From positions 9,944-73,943 of the forward strand of contig JAVETP010000006.1 of the NCBI GenBank assembly GCA_034006005.1: a stretch of DNA of 64,000 bases. Direction: 5' to 3'. The stretch's first letter is position 1. The number at the start of each line of letters is the position of its first letter. This document shows positions 1-11,413 of this stretch, piece by piece. The position numbers and the translations under genes were made by a program. The DNA comes from Pseudomonas sp. GTDB lineage: Bacteria > Pseudomonadota > Gammaproteobacteria > Pseudomonadales > Pseudomonadaceae. The notes under the pieces were generated by a model, which saw only the letters and a program-made list of their open reading frames with translations, did not search any database and was not told where the DNA came from.

Positions 1-36
1 GTTAAGACTGAGAATGGTTGGAAAGTAACACTTTAA
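1..36 (+). CDS. 3' end of a gene cut by the window edge (VKTENGWKVTL*), possibly DUF4878/NTF2-like
   Basis: Frame 1 ends in TAA at 34-36; a 'VKxxxGWKV' tail is typical of NTF2-like C-termini. Only 11 residues are visible. Confidence 0.3.
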   Translation, partial: VKTENGWKVTL

Positions 37-66
37 GGCCTGCTCGATCAGTATGCTAAACACCTT

Positions 67-714
67 ATGTGTAACAACATGATCAGACTCAAACAACAGC
101 CACTGCGGATTGCGCTACTCATCAGCGCAATCCTCGGTTTAGTCATGCTGTTGTATATAGCGCCGACGCAAGCAGTGCGCCCTGCTTTTTCAATAGCGAC
201 ACTGCCGCAATTAGCCGTGGGGGATTGGGTGTTTCGCTCTGGTACCTCAGCTGAAAGTCAGCTGATTCAAAGTCTCAGTCACAGTGAGTTTTCCCATATC
301 GGCATGGTGGTCAGTCTGCAACCTGAGCCACTGATTGCGCATGCCACCACCGACGATGATCAGCTACGCAGTAATCAAGTACTCACCTCAACACTGACAG
401 AGTTTATCGCACCGCAGTTGGCATACAGCTTTGCTATTGCGCGTCCAGGTTTCGTCACTGAGCAAGAAAATCAGCGCGCGGCCCAACGCGTCTTGCAGCA
501 GTTGCAGCAACCCTTTGTCTTAGCCGAGCGCAACATGGAGCATTTATATTGCACCACACTGTTAGCCGATGCACTGGTCCACTCCACCGTTGCTTTTCAG
601 CCCGAATGGCAGCAGGTGAATGCGCCCTTTTTTAGCGGTGAATATCTATTTCCCAGTGCCTTTGCTAATTATCCTGAGATTGAATGGCTGTATCACTCGA
701 CCGATACTCAATAG
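67..714 (+). CDS. YiiX/YebB-like permuted NlpC/P60 (papain-like) hydrolase
   Basis: N-terminal hydrophobic segment, GDWVFR, His in FSHIG preceding Cys in LYCT (permuted order). Confidence 0.8.
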   Translation: MCNNMIRLKQQPLRIALLISAILGLVMLLYIAPTQAVRPAFSIATLPQLAVGDWVFRSGTSAESQLIQSLSHSEFSHIGMVVSLQPEPLIAHATTDDDQLRSNQVLTSTLTEFIAPQLAYSFAIARPGFVTEQENQRAAQRVLQQLQQPFVLAERNMEHLYCTTLLADALVHSTVAFQPEWQQVNAPFFSGEYLFPSAFANYPEIEWLYHSTDTQ

Positions 715-766
715 CCTGATGCCGGCTCTGCGGCATGCTTAGCACACCGCTCATCAGCATCCAGCC

Positions 767-2062
767 TTAACGCATCTGGAAGTATTCTTTATGAAAGTTA
801 CCTGCGGGACTGCCCTGCGCTTGCATGCCCTGTTGTAACGCTTGAGCAAACTTTTGTGGGCCACAGAACCATATATGGGTATCTGCAGATTGACCCTGCA
901 GCACCTTATCAGCCGTTAAATGCCCGTACTGATCACTGTAATGCAACTGCACAGTAATATTGGGTAACGCAGCACATAAACGTTGTAATTGCTCAGAAAA
1001 CTGGTCTTCTTGAGCATTTTTTACACAGTAATATAAGGTCGCCTGCGGTGCTTGCTCAGGATGAGCTTGTAAGGATTCAAGCCAAGCAATAAAGGGCGTG
1101 ATACCGATACCTGCACCGATCCATATTTGCTGGCTGCCACTATCGTGCTGCATATCAAAGCAGCCATACGGTCCTTCAATGGTGACTGCTCGGCCCACTT
1201 CTAATTCAGTCTGCAAACGCGTGGTGTAATCGCCCAACGCCTTAATTGCAAAGCGCACTTGACCATCACCGCGGCTGGCACTATTGACCGTAAAGGGGTG
1301 CGCACCTTCAAAGCGGTCAAAGGTTATAAAGGCAAACTGCCCCGGCTGATGCTGCCATTGTTTGGGTAACTGGCATGTCACTTCAAGCACATCACCAGGA
1401 TGCTGTTTAACATTCACTACACGACCTTGATAACGGCGTGTATGACCAATACGGCCACTCAGTGCAATCAACGCACAATAAACACCCACCACTGTGACCA
1501 CTGCCAGCAATAGACCCGCAGGCTGTAACCACCAATCTGCCGGTGCTAATACGACACCGTGAAACGCCAGAGCAATATAAACAACCGCTAAGGCTTTATG
1601 CGCATAACGCCAAATATGGTAAGGAAAGCGCTGCCATAAAGTCATCACCAACATAATGGCCAGAATCCAAACCGTCCATTCACCAATATCTTTAGCGGCA
1701 CCGCGAAACATCTCTAAAAAAGTTTCAAGGCGCGGCTCTTTAATACCGCGCTCAAAAAACACTGTCAGTACATCTTTCGATAGCTTCAATAAATAGTGGC
1801 TGACAGCCAGTCCGATCGCCCAGATACCCGCCCACTTATGCAGTCGATACATTTTATCCAGCCCATGCAGTGGTTTTTCTAACCAACGCGGACGAACAGC
1901 CAACAGCATAATCAACGACATCAACACAAAAGAAGCCAGCCCTGTCACGTAAATCAACTGCTTACGCCACCACCAAATATCAGTGGGCGCAGTCTGCCCC
2001 TGCAGGGTGATCACCCACACTGCAACAATCACTAAAGCAACACTGTATAAAATCTTTTTCAT
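767..2062 (-). CDS. Ferric reductase-like transmembrane FAD/NAD(P)H oxidoreductase
   Basis: TM domain with heme His (LHKW, HYLL, AHK, FHG), HPFT FAD motif, EGPYG, GAGIGITPF, CGP, terminal EYF. Confidence 0.9.
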   Translation of the reverse strand: MKKILYSVALVIVAVWVITLQGQTAPTDIWWWRKQLIYVTGLASFVLMSLIMLLAVRPRWLEKPLHGLDKMYRLHKWAGIWAIGLAVSHYLLKLSKDVLTVFFERGIKEPRLETFLEMFRGAAKDIGEWTVWILAIMLVMTLWQRFPYHIWRYAHKALAVVYIALAFHGVVLAPADWWLQPAGLLLAVVTVVGVYCALIALSGRIGHTRRYQGRVVNVKQHPGDVLEVTCQLPKQWQHQPGQFAFITFDRFEGAHPFTVNSASRGDGQVRFAIKALGDYTTRLQTELEVGRAVTIEGPYGCFDMQHDSGSQQIWIGAGIGITPFIAWLESLQAHPEQAPQATLYYCVKNAQEDQFSEQLQRLCAALPNITVQLHYSDQYGHLTADKVLQGQSADTHIWFCGPQKFAQALQQGMQAQGSPAGNFHKEYFQMR

Positions 2063-2107
2063 AACCTTCGTCCTTTAACATCCTGTGCAGGAGCTTAATC
2101 TACGCGC

Positions 2108-3880
<1,773 letters not shown>

Positions 3881-3991
3881 TTGCACCCCAATCAGCAGGC
3901 AAAACAACCAGCGTGCTTATAAAAAAGACAAGTACCATACAAAAGGCCTATTGTAGTTATCGCTATCAATGTCCAAGATACGCCGGTTTAA

Positions 3992-4120
3992 TTGAATTGC
4001 AGCTCAGAGCAGTTCAATCATTTGCGCTGATGCGCCCCTCATAAGAATAAGAAACATTAGCAAAGACAGATAATCCATGGTGTTACTGCACAGTAACGCT
4101 TGGCGCCTGTCTTTTTGTTT
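3992..4120 (+). other. Structured 5' leader of the DUF3360 gene (two hairpins, U-tract)
   Basis: TTGAATTGC/GCAGTTCAA stem (3992-4017); extended stem AAAGACAG...CTGTCTTT (4062-4114) running into a U-rich tract. Confidence 0.45.
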
Positions 4121-4146
4121 GAGGCATATATTAAAAGAGCAATAAA

Positions 4147-5622
4147 ATGGCAAATGATGATTCTCAAAGTTACCGTGCCCTGCACCGCCCACAAAGCGAG
4201 TTTGCATCGCGTCAAGCGTACCTAGAACACGAACTTAGCATTATGTCACCACGCCGTTGGGGCATGAACTTACCCTTTCGTGATTACCGTTTTGAAATTG
4301 AAGACTGGGTGCCCGCTATGGCGGCCACGATCGGCAAAATTGTTATGGTGGCCGCGATTGTTGCTGCTTTTGCCGAACCATTAGGCCTACCCGCATCCTT
4401 TGTAATTGAAAACGCCCGTTATGAAATGCTCATCGCAGCCTTATTATTTGTGGTGTTGTTCTCAGGATTTTTGATTCCAACCGCTAACTTAGCCGGTACC
4501 CACGGGCCACTGATTCCATTGGTGCCGATCATTGTTGCTTCAGGTGGCCACCCGATGGCGCTGGGTATTATGATCGGGGTCTTAGGCTTTACCTTGGGTA
4601 TTTTCAAAGGCGGAAGTTTACTGGCGAGGTTGACCAGTGATGGGGTCTGCGGGGGGTTATTGCTGTTTTTAGGCTTTATCGGTATGACCTCACAAATCAA
4701 ATACCTCTATGCGTGGGCAGAAGGCTTTGATGCAGGCTATATCGCCTTTGTGGTGATTCTTGCCACTATTATTATGTATGCCTATTTAGAGCATATTGGT
4801 AAGCGTTGGCTGGCAATTCCATTGGGCGCCATACTGGCTGCGGGCCTAGCGTTTGCAATGGGTGCGCCGTTTGAGTTCACTACTGAGCCGGGTCTGCCAC
4901 ATATGAATCCTGCTTACTGGTGGGGTGAAGACACCGGCTGGAAACTCGGTCTGCCTGAGATGCATCACTTTATTGCTGCTGCTCCCTTTGCGGTACTGGC
5001 GATTGCGATGTGGTCACCGGACTTCTTAGGCCATCGTGCATTCCAACATCTAAACTATCCAAAAAACGCTAAGAAAGTCGTGATGAATATTGACGACACC
5101 ATGATCGTAGCCGCAGCGCGTCAAGTTGTGGGTACAGCCTTAGGTGGTGCCAATATTGCTTCATCATGGGGTACCTATATCGTACCTGCAGCGATTGCTA
5201 AACGTCCCATTCCAGCCGGTGCTGTGTTAACCGGTTTGCTCTGTGTGGTTGCTGCAGTCTGGGGTTACCCAATGGACTTAGCGATTTGGCCACCGGTGCT
5301 CAGCGTTGCGCTGATTGTGGGTGTGTACTTGCCGCTACTTGAAGCCGGCATGCAAATGACCCGTGAAGGTAAAACGGCACAATCAGCTGCTATTGTGATC
5401 TTCTCATCTGCACTGGTGAACCCAGTATTTGGCTGGTCATTAACTGTATTGCTGGATAACCTAGGCATCATTGGCGATAAAGAACGCGGCCAGAGTATGA
5501 CTCGTACCGACCGCTGGATTATCCCATCGATCGTCTTTATTCTGCTGTGTACCGTGATGGCAGGTGTCGGTATGTTCAAAGGAATTCCAGCACTATTGGA
5601 ATCCTTCCGCGCACTGCATTAA
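4147..5622 (+). CDS. DUF3360 family multi-pass membrane protein (putative transporter)
   Basis: N-terminus 'SYRALHRPQSEF...YLEHELSIMSPRRWGMNLPFRDYRFEIED' recognised as DUF3360-like; many TM helices. Confidence 0.75.
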   Translation: MANDDSQSYRALHRPQSEFASRQAYLEHELSIMSPRRWGMNLPFRDYRFEIEDWVPAMAATIGKIVMVAAIVAAFAEPLGLPASFVIENARYEMLIAALLFVVLFSGFLIPTANLAGTHGPLIPLVPIIVASGGHPMALGIMIGVLGFTLGIFKGGSLLARLTSDGVCGGLLLFLGFIGMTSQIKYLYAWAEGFDAGYIAFVVILATIIMYAYLEHIGKRWLAIPLGAILAAGLAFAMGAPFEFTTEPGLPHMNPAYWWGEDTGWKLGLPEMHHFIAAAPFAVLAIAMWSPDFLGHRAFQHLNYPKNAKKVVMNIDDTMIVAAARQVVGTALGGANIASSWGTYIVPAAIAKRPIPAGAVLTGLLCVVAAVWGYPMDLAIWPPVLSVALIVGVYLPLLEAGMQMTREGKTAQSAAIVIFSSALVNPVFGWSLTVLLDNLGIIGDKERGQSMTRTDRWIIPSIVFILLCTVMAGVGMFKGIPALLESFRALH

Positions 5623-5638
5623 GTCTGTCCTAAACGAT

Positions 5639-5670
5639 TCAGCGCTCCACCCTGGCGGTGTGAGCGCTGA
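5639..5670. terminator. Hairpin between convergent genes
   Basis: TCAGCGCTC / GAGCGCTGA inverted repeat. Confidence 0.5.
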
Positions 5671-5690
5671 GAACGTTTTATGCACATCTA

Positions 5691-6134
5691 TTAATACGCA
5701 CGAAACTCGGCATGGCATGACTCGCAAGCATCTTCTACTGCTTGCACACGCTGAGCTAGAATACTTTGATTGAGTCGCGGATCAGTGGTACTGGCCACTA
5801 GACGCGCGGTCGTACCTTCTAATGCCCGTGCTAACTCTTGAAAACGCTCTTGCTCCTTCCACACATCGTCACGTGCTGAAGTTTTTTCGTCTTCCTGAAT
5901 AGTCGGAAAATGCTGCCATGGTTCGTGCGCTAAAGCATTGAGTTGCGCTGCTTTCTCAATAAATAGCGGCTCATCATAGGCCAGGCGACCCCGTAGCATC
6001 CCACCCAAGTCTTCACTGACATTGAGCATTTCTTTAAAAATCACCTGACGTTTACCCAACGGCGAATCCGGATCCACACCACCACAGGCGGCTAAACTCA
6101 TCGCCATTGCCAGCAATACACTACGTTTTAACAC
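5691..6134 (-). CDS. Cytochrome c'-type (class II) lipoprotein
   Basis: Lipobox LAAC; C-terminal CxxCH (CESCH); helical bundle pattern. Confidence 0.85.
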   Translation of the reverse strand: MLKRSVLLAMAMSLAACGGVDPDSPLGKRQVIFKEMLNVSEDLGGMLRGRLAYDEPLFIEKAAQLNALAHEPWQHFPTIQEDEKTSARDDVWKEQERFQELARALEGTTARLVASTTDPRLNQSILAQRVQAVEDACESCHAEFRAY

Positions 6135-6243
6135 ACACTCACCACTTTAATTAACATAAAATAATTGAACTCAAGCCCCACTTAACGCATAAACAAAAGA
6201 CTCGCAGCAGCGCTGAAAACAAGCTAATTGCACGTCTGACACA

Positions 6244-6630
6244 TTAAGCTGAGATCACAAACAAACTGACAATAACGCCCAAACCGACTGCCCACACTAG
6301 CGAGCGTAATAAGGCCCAGTCCGCGGCATAGCAAACAGTATACAACACGCGACTGACCACAAAAACCAGCGCCAATTGATCGATAACGCCTTGTTCGGCA
6401 ACACCAATCAGATGAGCAATAATCACCGCTGCAGCAAAAGCTGGGGCGATTTCAAAGCCATTTTGTTGGGCATTATTCGCACGTTTAGCCATGCCCTGTG
6501 CATTGGCTAAAAAAGTACGCGGATCATGATTGTGCCGCGGGCTAAAACCGCCGGCACTGGCTTTCGCCACAACAGTGGAGGCATAAGGCAACAAAATCGC
6601 AACCAAGACGCACCAATATGCAATTGTCAT
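6244..6630 (-). CDS. MAPEG family membrane protein
   Basis: RANNAQQNGFE and SRVLY motifs, four hydrophobic helices. Confidence 0.85.
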   Translation of the reverse strand: MTIAYWCVLVAILLPYASTVVAKASAGGFSPRHNHDPRTFLANAQGMAKRANNAQQNGFEIAPAFAAAVIIAHLIGVAEQGVIDQLALVFVVSRVLYTVCYAADWALLRSLVWAVGLGVIVSLFVISA

Positions 6631-6720
6631 AACGACTCCTACCGCACTGATTTTTTAGACAAGCACTGTACTTTAATACAAATCAAACACGATAAATGAA
6701 ATTCTTCAATGCTTACCCCT

Positions 6721-6748
6721 TTGTCAAACGGCAAAGCCTCGCTATAAT
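6721..6748 (+). promoter_or_regulatory. Sigma70-type promoter for the SAH riboswitch/ahcY
   Basis: TTGTCA-N16-TATAAT. Confidence 0.65.
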
Positions 6749-6784
6749 CACCCTGCGCTATGGCCAAGCCATGGTGACCAACAG

Positions 6785-6880
6785 ATTCGAGGGGCGCTGC
6801 AGCAGAATTCTTCTGTCAGGCTCGAAACAGTTGCCCCAAGTTGTCTAGACAACTGCATATTTGCAAACGGCGCCCATTCG
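6785..6880 (+). ncRNA. SAH riboswitch
   Basis: TTCGAGGGGCGCTGC...CAGGCTCGAA P1, downstream AACGGCGCCC pseudoknot strand complementary to GGGCGCTG; directly upstream of ahcY. Confidence 0.9.
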
Positions 6881-6906
6881 CTAATTACGAATGGAGAACT
6901 CATTTT

Positions 6907-8307
6907 ATGAGCACTGTTGCTGATTTTACTGATTACAAAGTTGCGGATATGTCACTGGCTGATTGGGGCCGTCGTGAAATTATTATTGCTGAATCTGAGA
7001 TGCCGGCCCTAATGGGTTTGCGTACTAAATATGCTGGCGAGCAGCCACTTAAAGGTGCAAAAATCCTCGGTTGCATCCATATGACCATCCAAACTGCAGT
7101 GTTGATTGAAACGCTGACAGAACTGGGCGCGGAAGTGCGCTGGTCCAGCTGTAATATTTTCTCAACTCAAGACCAAGCTGCTGCAGCGATTGCGGCGGCA
7201 GGTATTGCAGTATTCGCTTGGAAAGGCGAAACCGAAGAAGAATACGAGTGGTGCATCGAGCAAACCATCCTTAAAGATGGTCAGCCTTGGGATGCCAATA
7301 TGATTCTGGATGACGGTGGTGACTTAACCGGTATTCTGCACGAGCGTTTCCCACAGGTCTTGGACAATGTCCACGGTGTAACTGAAGAAACCACCACGGG
7401 TGTTCACCGTCTGCTAGAAATGCTGCAAAAAGGCACACTGAAAGTCCCAGCGATCAACGTCAACGACTCAGTGACCAAAAGTAAAAACGACAACAAATAC
7501 GGTTGCCGTCACAGCCTCAACGATGCAATCAAACGTGGTACCGATAACCTGTTATCCGGTAAGCAAGCGTTAGTGATTGGTTACGGTGATGTGGGTAAAG
7601 GTTCTGCACAGTCGCTGAACCAAGAAGGCATGATCGTTAAAGTATCGGAAGTTGACCCGATCTGCGCTATGCAAGCCTGCATGGACGGTTACGAGTTAGT
7701 CTCTCCGTATATCGACGGCGTGAATGATGGTTCTGAAGCCAGCATTGATAAAGCGTTACTAGGCAAAATCGACCTGATCGTTACCACCACTGGTAACGTC
7801 AATGTGTGTGATTCTAACATCCTCAAAGCTCTGAAAAAACGCGCTGTAGTGTGCAACATTGGTCACTTTGACAATGAAATCGACACTGCATTTATGCGCA
7901 AAAACTGGGCGTGGGAAGAAGTTAAACCACAGGTACACAAAATTCACCGCACCGGTGCTGGCGACTTTGATCCACGTAACGATGACTACCTGATTCTGTT
8001 ATCAGAAGGTCGTTTAGTGAACTTGGGTAACGCAACAGGTCACCCAAGCCGCATTATGGATGGCTCATTTGCTAACCAAGTTTTGGCACAAATGCACTTA
8101 TTTGAGCGTAAGTTTGCCCAATTAAATGCTGAGCAAAAAGCAGCCGCACTCACCGTTGAAGTGTTACCGAAAAAACTCGACGAAGAAGTGGCTCTAGAGA
8201 TGGTCAAAGGTTTTGGCGGCGTCATGACCCGTATGACCGACGTGCAAGCTGACTATATCGGTGTTCCGGTGGATGGCCCTTACAAGCCAGAAACTTACCG
8301 CTACTAA
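6907..8307 (+). CDS. ahcY: S-adenosylhomocysteine hydrolase
   Basis: [49 protein letters not shown] before ATG 6907. Confidence 0.97.
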   Translation: MSTVADFTDYKVADMSLADWGRREIIIAESEMPALMGLRTKYAGEQPLKGAKILGCIHMTIQTAVLIETLTELGAEVRWSSCNIFSTQDQAAAAIAAAGIAVFAWKGETEEEYEWCIEQTILKDGQPWDANMILDDGGDLTGILHERFPQVLDNVHGVTEETTTGVHRLLEMLQKGTLKVPAINVNDSVTKSKNDNKYGCRHSLNDAIKRGTDNLLSGKQALVIGYGDVGKGSAQSLNQEGMIVKVSEVDPICAMQACMDGYELVSPYIDGVNDGSEASIDKALLGKIDLIVTTTGNVNVCDSNILKALKKRAVVCNIGHFDNEIDTAFMRKNWAWEEVKPQVHKIHRTGAGDFDPRNDDYLILLSEGRLVNLGNATGHPSRIMDGSFANQVLAQMHLFERKFAQLNAEQKAAALTVEVLPKKLDEEVALEMVKGFGGVMTRMTDVQADYIGVPVDGPYKPETYRY

Positions 8308-8315
8308 GTTGCCAA

Positions 8316-8342
8316 AAAAGGGGTGGCATGGCTGCCCCTTTT
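8316..8342 (+). terminator. Intercistronic hairpin between ahcY and metF
   Basis: AAAAGGGGTGGC-ATG-GCTGCCCCTTTT. Confidence 0.55.
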
Positions 8343-8386
8343 GCATTTCGGCTGCCCATACACTTTGATATTTAGGGACGTGTTCT

Positions 8387-9232
8387 ATGAGCAATCAACC
8401 TCATATTAGTTTTGAGTTTTTCCCCACTAAAACCGATGCTGGCCATGAGAAACTGCTAACCACGGCAGCAAAACTCGCCACCTATAATCCTGAGTTTTTC
8501 TCTTGCACCTACGGTGCCGGTGGTTCAACTCGCGACCGCACGTTAAACACTGTCTTACAGTTAGACGGCGACATTAAAGTACCTACCGCACCGCACTTAT
8601 CATGCGTGGGCGATAGCAAAGAAGATTTACGCGAACTGCTCAATCTCTATAAAGATGCGGGCATTAAACGCATCGTTGCACTACGTGGTGACTTGCCATC
8701 CGGTATGGGTATGGCCAATGGTGAATTGCGCTACGCTAATGAACTGGTTGAGTTTATCCGCCACGAGACCGGCGACCACTTTTACATTGAAGTAGCAGCC
8801 TATCCAGAGATGCACCCACAAGCACGAGATTTTGAAGTTGACCTGCAAAATTTCGCTCGTAAAGTGCACGCTGGCTCAGACAGTGCCATCACCCAATATT
8901 TCTTTAATGCTGATTGTTACTTCTATTTTGTCGATAGAGTGCGTAAACTAGGTATTGATATCCCAATCGTGCCCGGCATTATGCCGATTACCAACTACAG
9001 TAAGTTGGCACGCTTTTCTGATTCTTGTGGTGCTGAGCTACCGCGCTGGATACGTAAACAACTCGAAGCGTACGGCGACGATTCAGCAAGCATCCAAGCC
9101 TTTGGTGCAGAAGTTATTACAAACATGTGCGAACGCCTACTTGAAGGTGGCGCTCCTGGTTTGCACTTCTACACACTTAACCAAGCTGAACCGAGTTTAG
9201 CTGTTTGGGATAATCTCCAGCTTAACCGCTGA
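8387..9232 (+). CDS. metF: 5,10-methylenetetrahydrofolate reductase
   Basis: SFEFFP, TYGAGG, ALRGD, AAYPE, ITQYFF, GLHFYTLN; canonical position after ahcY. Confidence 0.97.
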   Translation: MSNQPHISFEFFPTKTDAGHEKLLTTAAKLATYNPEFFSCTYGAGGSTRDRTLNTVLQLDGDIKVPTAPHLSCVGDSKEDLRELLNLYKDAGIKRIVALRGDLPSGMGMANGELRYANELVEFIRHETGDHFYIEVAAYPEMHPQARDFEVDLQNFARKVHAGSDSAITQYFFNADCYFYFVDRVRKLGIDIPIVPGIMPITNYSKLARFSDSCGAELPRWIRKQLEAYGDDSASIQAFGAEVITNMCERLLEGGAPGLHFYTLNQAEPSLAVWDNLQLNR

Positions 9233-9394
9233 AATCAGGCCCACGGGCCACTCTAGCGATATACCTCCATTCAGTTTGATGCCCAGCGCAGGACATCATT
9301 CGTGAATGGGGTGCATTCTTTTTATGCACTTGTATTGAGCATTTATAATGTTGCGCCCCAAAGTCGGCGGGTCGCCGACACACAGGAAGACTGC

Positions 9395-11218
9395 ATGTCC
9401 TTTTCTGCCCTAGGTCTATCTCAGGCCCTAGTTAACGCCGTTGAAGCTGCCGGCTATACAACTCCATCGCCTGTGCAATTACTGGCGATTCCCCCGGCTT
9501 TGCAAGGCCGCGACCTGATGGTTGCTGCTCAAACCGGTACCGGTAAAACCGGTGGTTTTGCTCTACCTATTTTAGAGATCTTATTCCCGAACGGTAAGCC
9601 TGACCGCGCAAACCGTCATCGTCCGCGTCAGCCCCGTGTCTTGGTGTTAACTCCAACACGTGAGCTCGCTGCACAGGTACATGACAGTTTTAAACTCTAT
9701 GCTCGTGACTTACCTTTTGTCAGCGCCTGCGTGTTTGGTGGTGTGGGTATGAACCCGCAAGCCAATGCTGTCGCCAAAGGTTTAGATGTTTTAGTGGCTT
9801 GCCCAGGTCGTTTATTAGACATGGTCAATCAAGGTAAAATCGACTTAAGTGGCGTCGAAATTTTAGTGTTGGATGAAGCCGACCGTATGTTGGATATGGG
9901 CTTTATTCATGATGTAAAGAAAGTCTTAGCCAAATTACCCAGCAAACGTCAAAACTTGCTGTTCTCAGCGACATTCTCTAATGACATTACAAGCTTAGCG
10001 GGTCGTTTACTGCACAACCCTGAACGCATTGAAGTCACGCCACCCAACACTACGGTCGAGCGCATTGAGCAACGTGTGTTCCGCATTCAGTCATCACTTA
10101 AGCGCGCACTGTTAGCGCACTTGATTACCATGGGTGCATGGGAGCAGGTGTTAGTGTTCACCCGCACCAAACACGGTGCTAACCGTTTAGCTGAATATCT
10201 GGATAAAAACGGCCTTGCGTCTGCTGCGATTCATGGTAACAAAAGCCAGAATGCGCGCACCAAGGCCTTAGCTGAATTTAAAGCCGGCAGTGTACGTATT
10301 CTAGTCGCTACCGATATTGCTGCACGTGGTTTGGATATTGACCAATTACCGCATGTGGTGAACTTTGAGCTGCCTAACGTTGAAGAAGACTATGTACACC
10401 GTATCGGTCGTACCGGTCGTGCGGGCCGTACGGGTCAAGCCATCTCGCTGGTAGCACCTGACGAAGAGCGCTTGCTGAAAGGCATTGAGCGCATGACTCG
10501 TCAGAATATCGAAGACGGCGACACCATGGGTTTTGACCCAAGCAGTGTTGTCATTGAGAAAGCTGAGCCGCGTGCGCCACGTCCAACTCGCGGTAGCGGT
10601 GCGGGTCGTAATGCTCCACGTACCGATCGAAAAGCCAGCACAGATAAACCCAGCAGTACTGATAAGCCACGTGGCCGTCGCACTGAGCGCACTGAGCGTC
10701 CAGAAGCACGTACCACTGAACGTACCGACAGCAGCAGTGCAGCTAAACCAGCACCACGCGCACGTAATCCACGCAACACGCGCAACAGCCGCCCAGCCGC
10801 AGCTGGCGCTTCGGAGTTACCCCCCAGTCGCGATCCAGAAGTCTTTCTAGATGACGCCATTGATAACTTCGGTAACAGCGTAGATTACGTCAGTCCGTAT
10901 AAAAACAAAGGCAACAGCCGTCGCCCGAATAGCAACGCGCCAGCGGCCGGTGCACAGGCGCGTACTGCACGCCCTGCTCGTACAGGCGCAGCCGCTGCTA
11001 CTGACAAGCGTCGCTCTGGGCCGAGTAAACCTCGCCCCAATACGCCACGCACTGACTCTCGTTATGCTGAACCTGCGGTCAATAAAGAAGCACGCCCTGC
11101 ACCGCAGCCGCTGATTATTCGCAAAGGCGAGCGCTTACCAAGCCTTGAACAGCTTGAGCAATTAGAGTCGCGTACACGTAAAGAAAAACCAGCACTGCTG
11201 TCGTCACGTACAGATTAA
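9395..11218 (+). CDS. rhlE: DEAD-box RNA helicase, RhlE-like, long basic C-tail
   Basis: Q motif, [35 protein letters not shown] before ATG 9395. Confidence 0.9.
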   Translation: MSFSALGLSQALVNAVEAAGYTTPSPVQLLAIPPALQGRDLMVAAQTGTGKTGGFALPILEILFPNGKPDRANRHRPRQPRVLVLTPTRELAAQVHDSFKLYARDLPFVSACVFGGVGMNPQANAVAKGLDVLVACPGRLLDMVNQGKIDLSGVEILVLDEADRMLDMGFIHDVKKVLAKLPSKRQNLLFSATFSNDITSLAGRLLHNPERIEVTPPNTTVERIEQRVFRIQSSLKRALLAHLITMGAWEQVLVFTRTKHGANRLAEYLDKNGLASAAIHGNKSQNARTKALAEFKAGSVRILVATDIAARGLDIDQLPHVVNFELPNVEEDYVHRIGRTGRAGRTGQAISLVAPDEERLLKGIERMTRQNIEDGDTMGFDPSSVVIEKAEPRAPRPTRGSGAGRNAPRTDRKASTDKPSSTDKPRGRRTERTERPEARTTERTDSSSAAKPAPRARNPRNTRNSRPAAAGASELPPSRDPEVFLDDAIDNFGNSVDYVSPYKNKGNSRRPNSNAPAAGAQARTARPARTGAAAATDKRRSGPSKPRPNTPRTDSRYAEPAVNKEARPAPQPLIIRKGERLPSLEQLEQLESRTRKEKPALLSSRTD

Positions 11219-11246
11219 ATCTGCACGCACACCCAGCTGCTAAATC

Positions 11247-11288
11247 AAGCCTCCAATCGTTGAGAAATCAACTTTGGGGGCTTTTTTT
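11247..11288 (+). terminator. Rho-independent terminator after rhlE
   Basis: AAGCCTCCAA...TTGGGGGCTT stem plus T-run. Confidence 0.7.
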
Positions 11289-11323
11289 AAGCCCAAAACA
11301 TGCCAATTTTTCAGATGACAAAC

Positions 11324-11351
11324 TTGACATATTTTGAGCATGCTTTATAAA
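11324..11351 (+). promoter_or_regulatory. Sigma70-type promoter for betT
   Basis: TTGACA-N16-TATAAA. Confidence 0.55.
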
Positions 11352-11413
11352 AGCGCAGTTAATTGTCTGATATCACTGTGCCATATATGATTCAGCACCC
11401 TTAAGGAGTTCTC

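Noticed and set aside
6149..6176. AATTAACATAA resembling a XerD arm (dif-like site)
   Set aside because: No XerC arm at 6-bp spacing.
6841..6906. TTG-initiated N-terminal extension of AhcY in the ORF track
   Set aside because: Lies inside the SAH riboswitch; the SD and family N-terminus point to ATG 6907.
10501..10860. Overlapping ORFs within the rhlE tail
   Set aside because: Low-complexity shadows of the Arg/Pro-rich tail.
11358..11378. TTAATTG as a BetI operator before betT
   Set aside because: Only one half-site.
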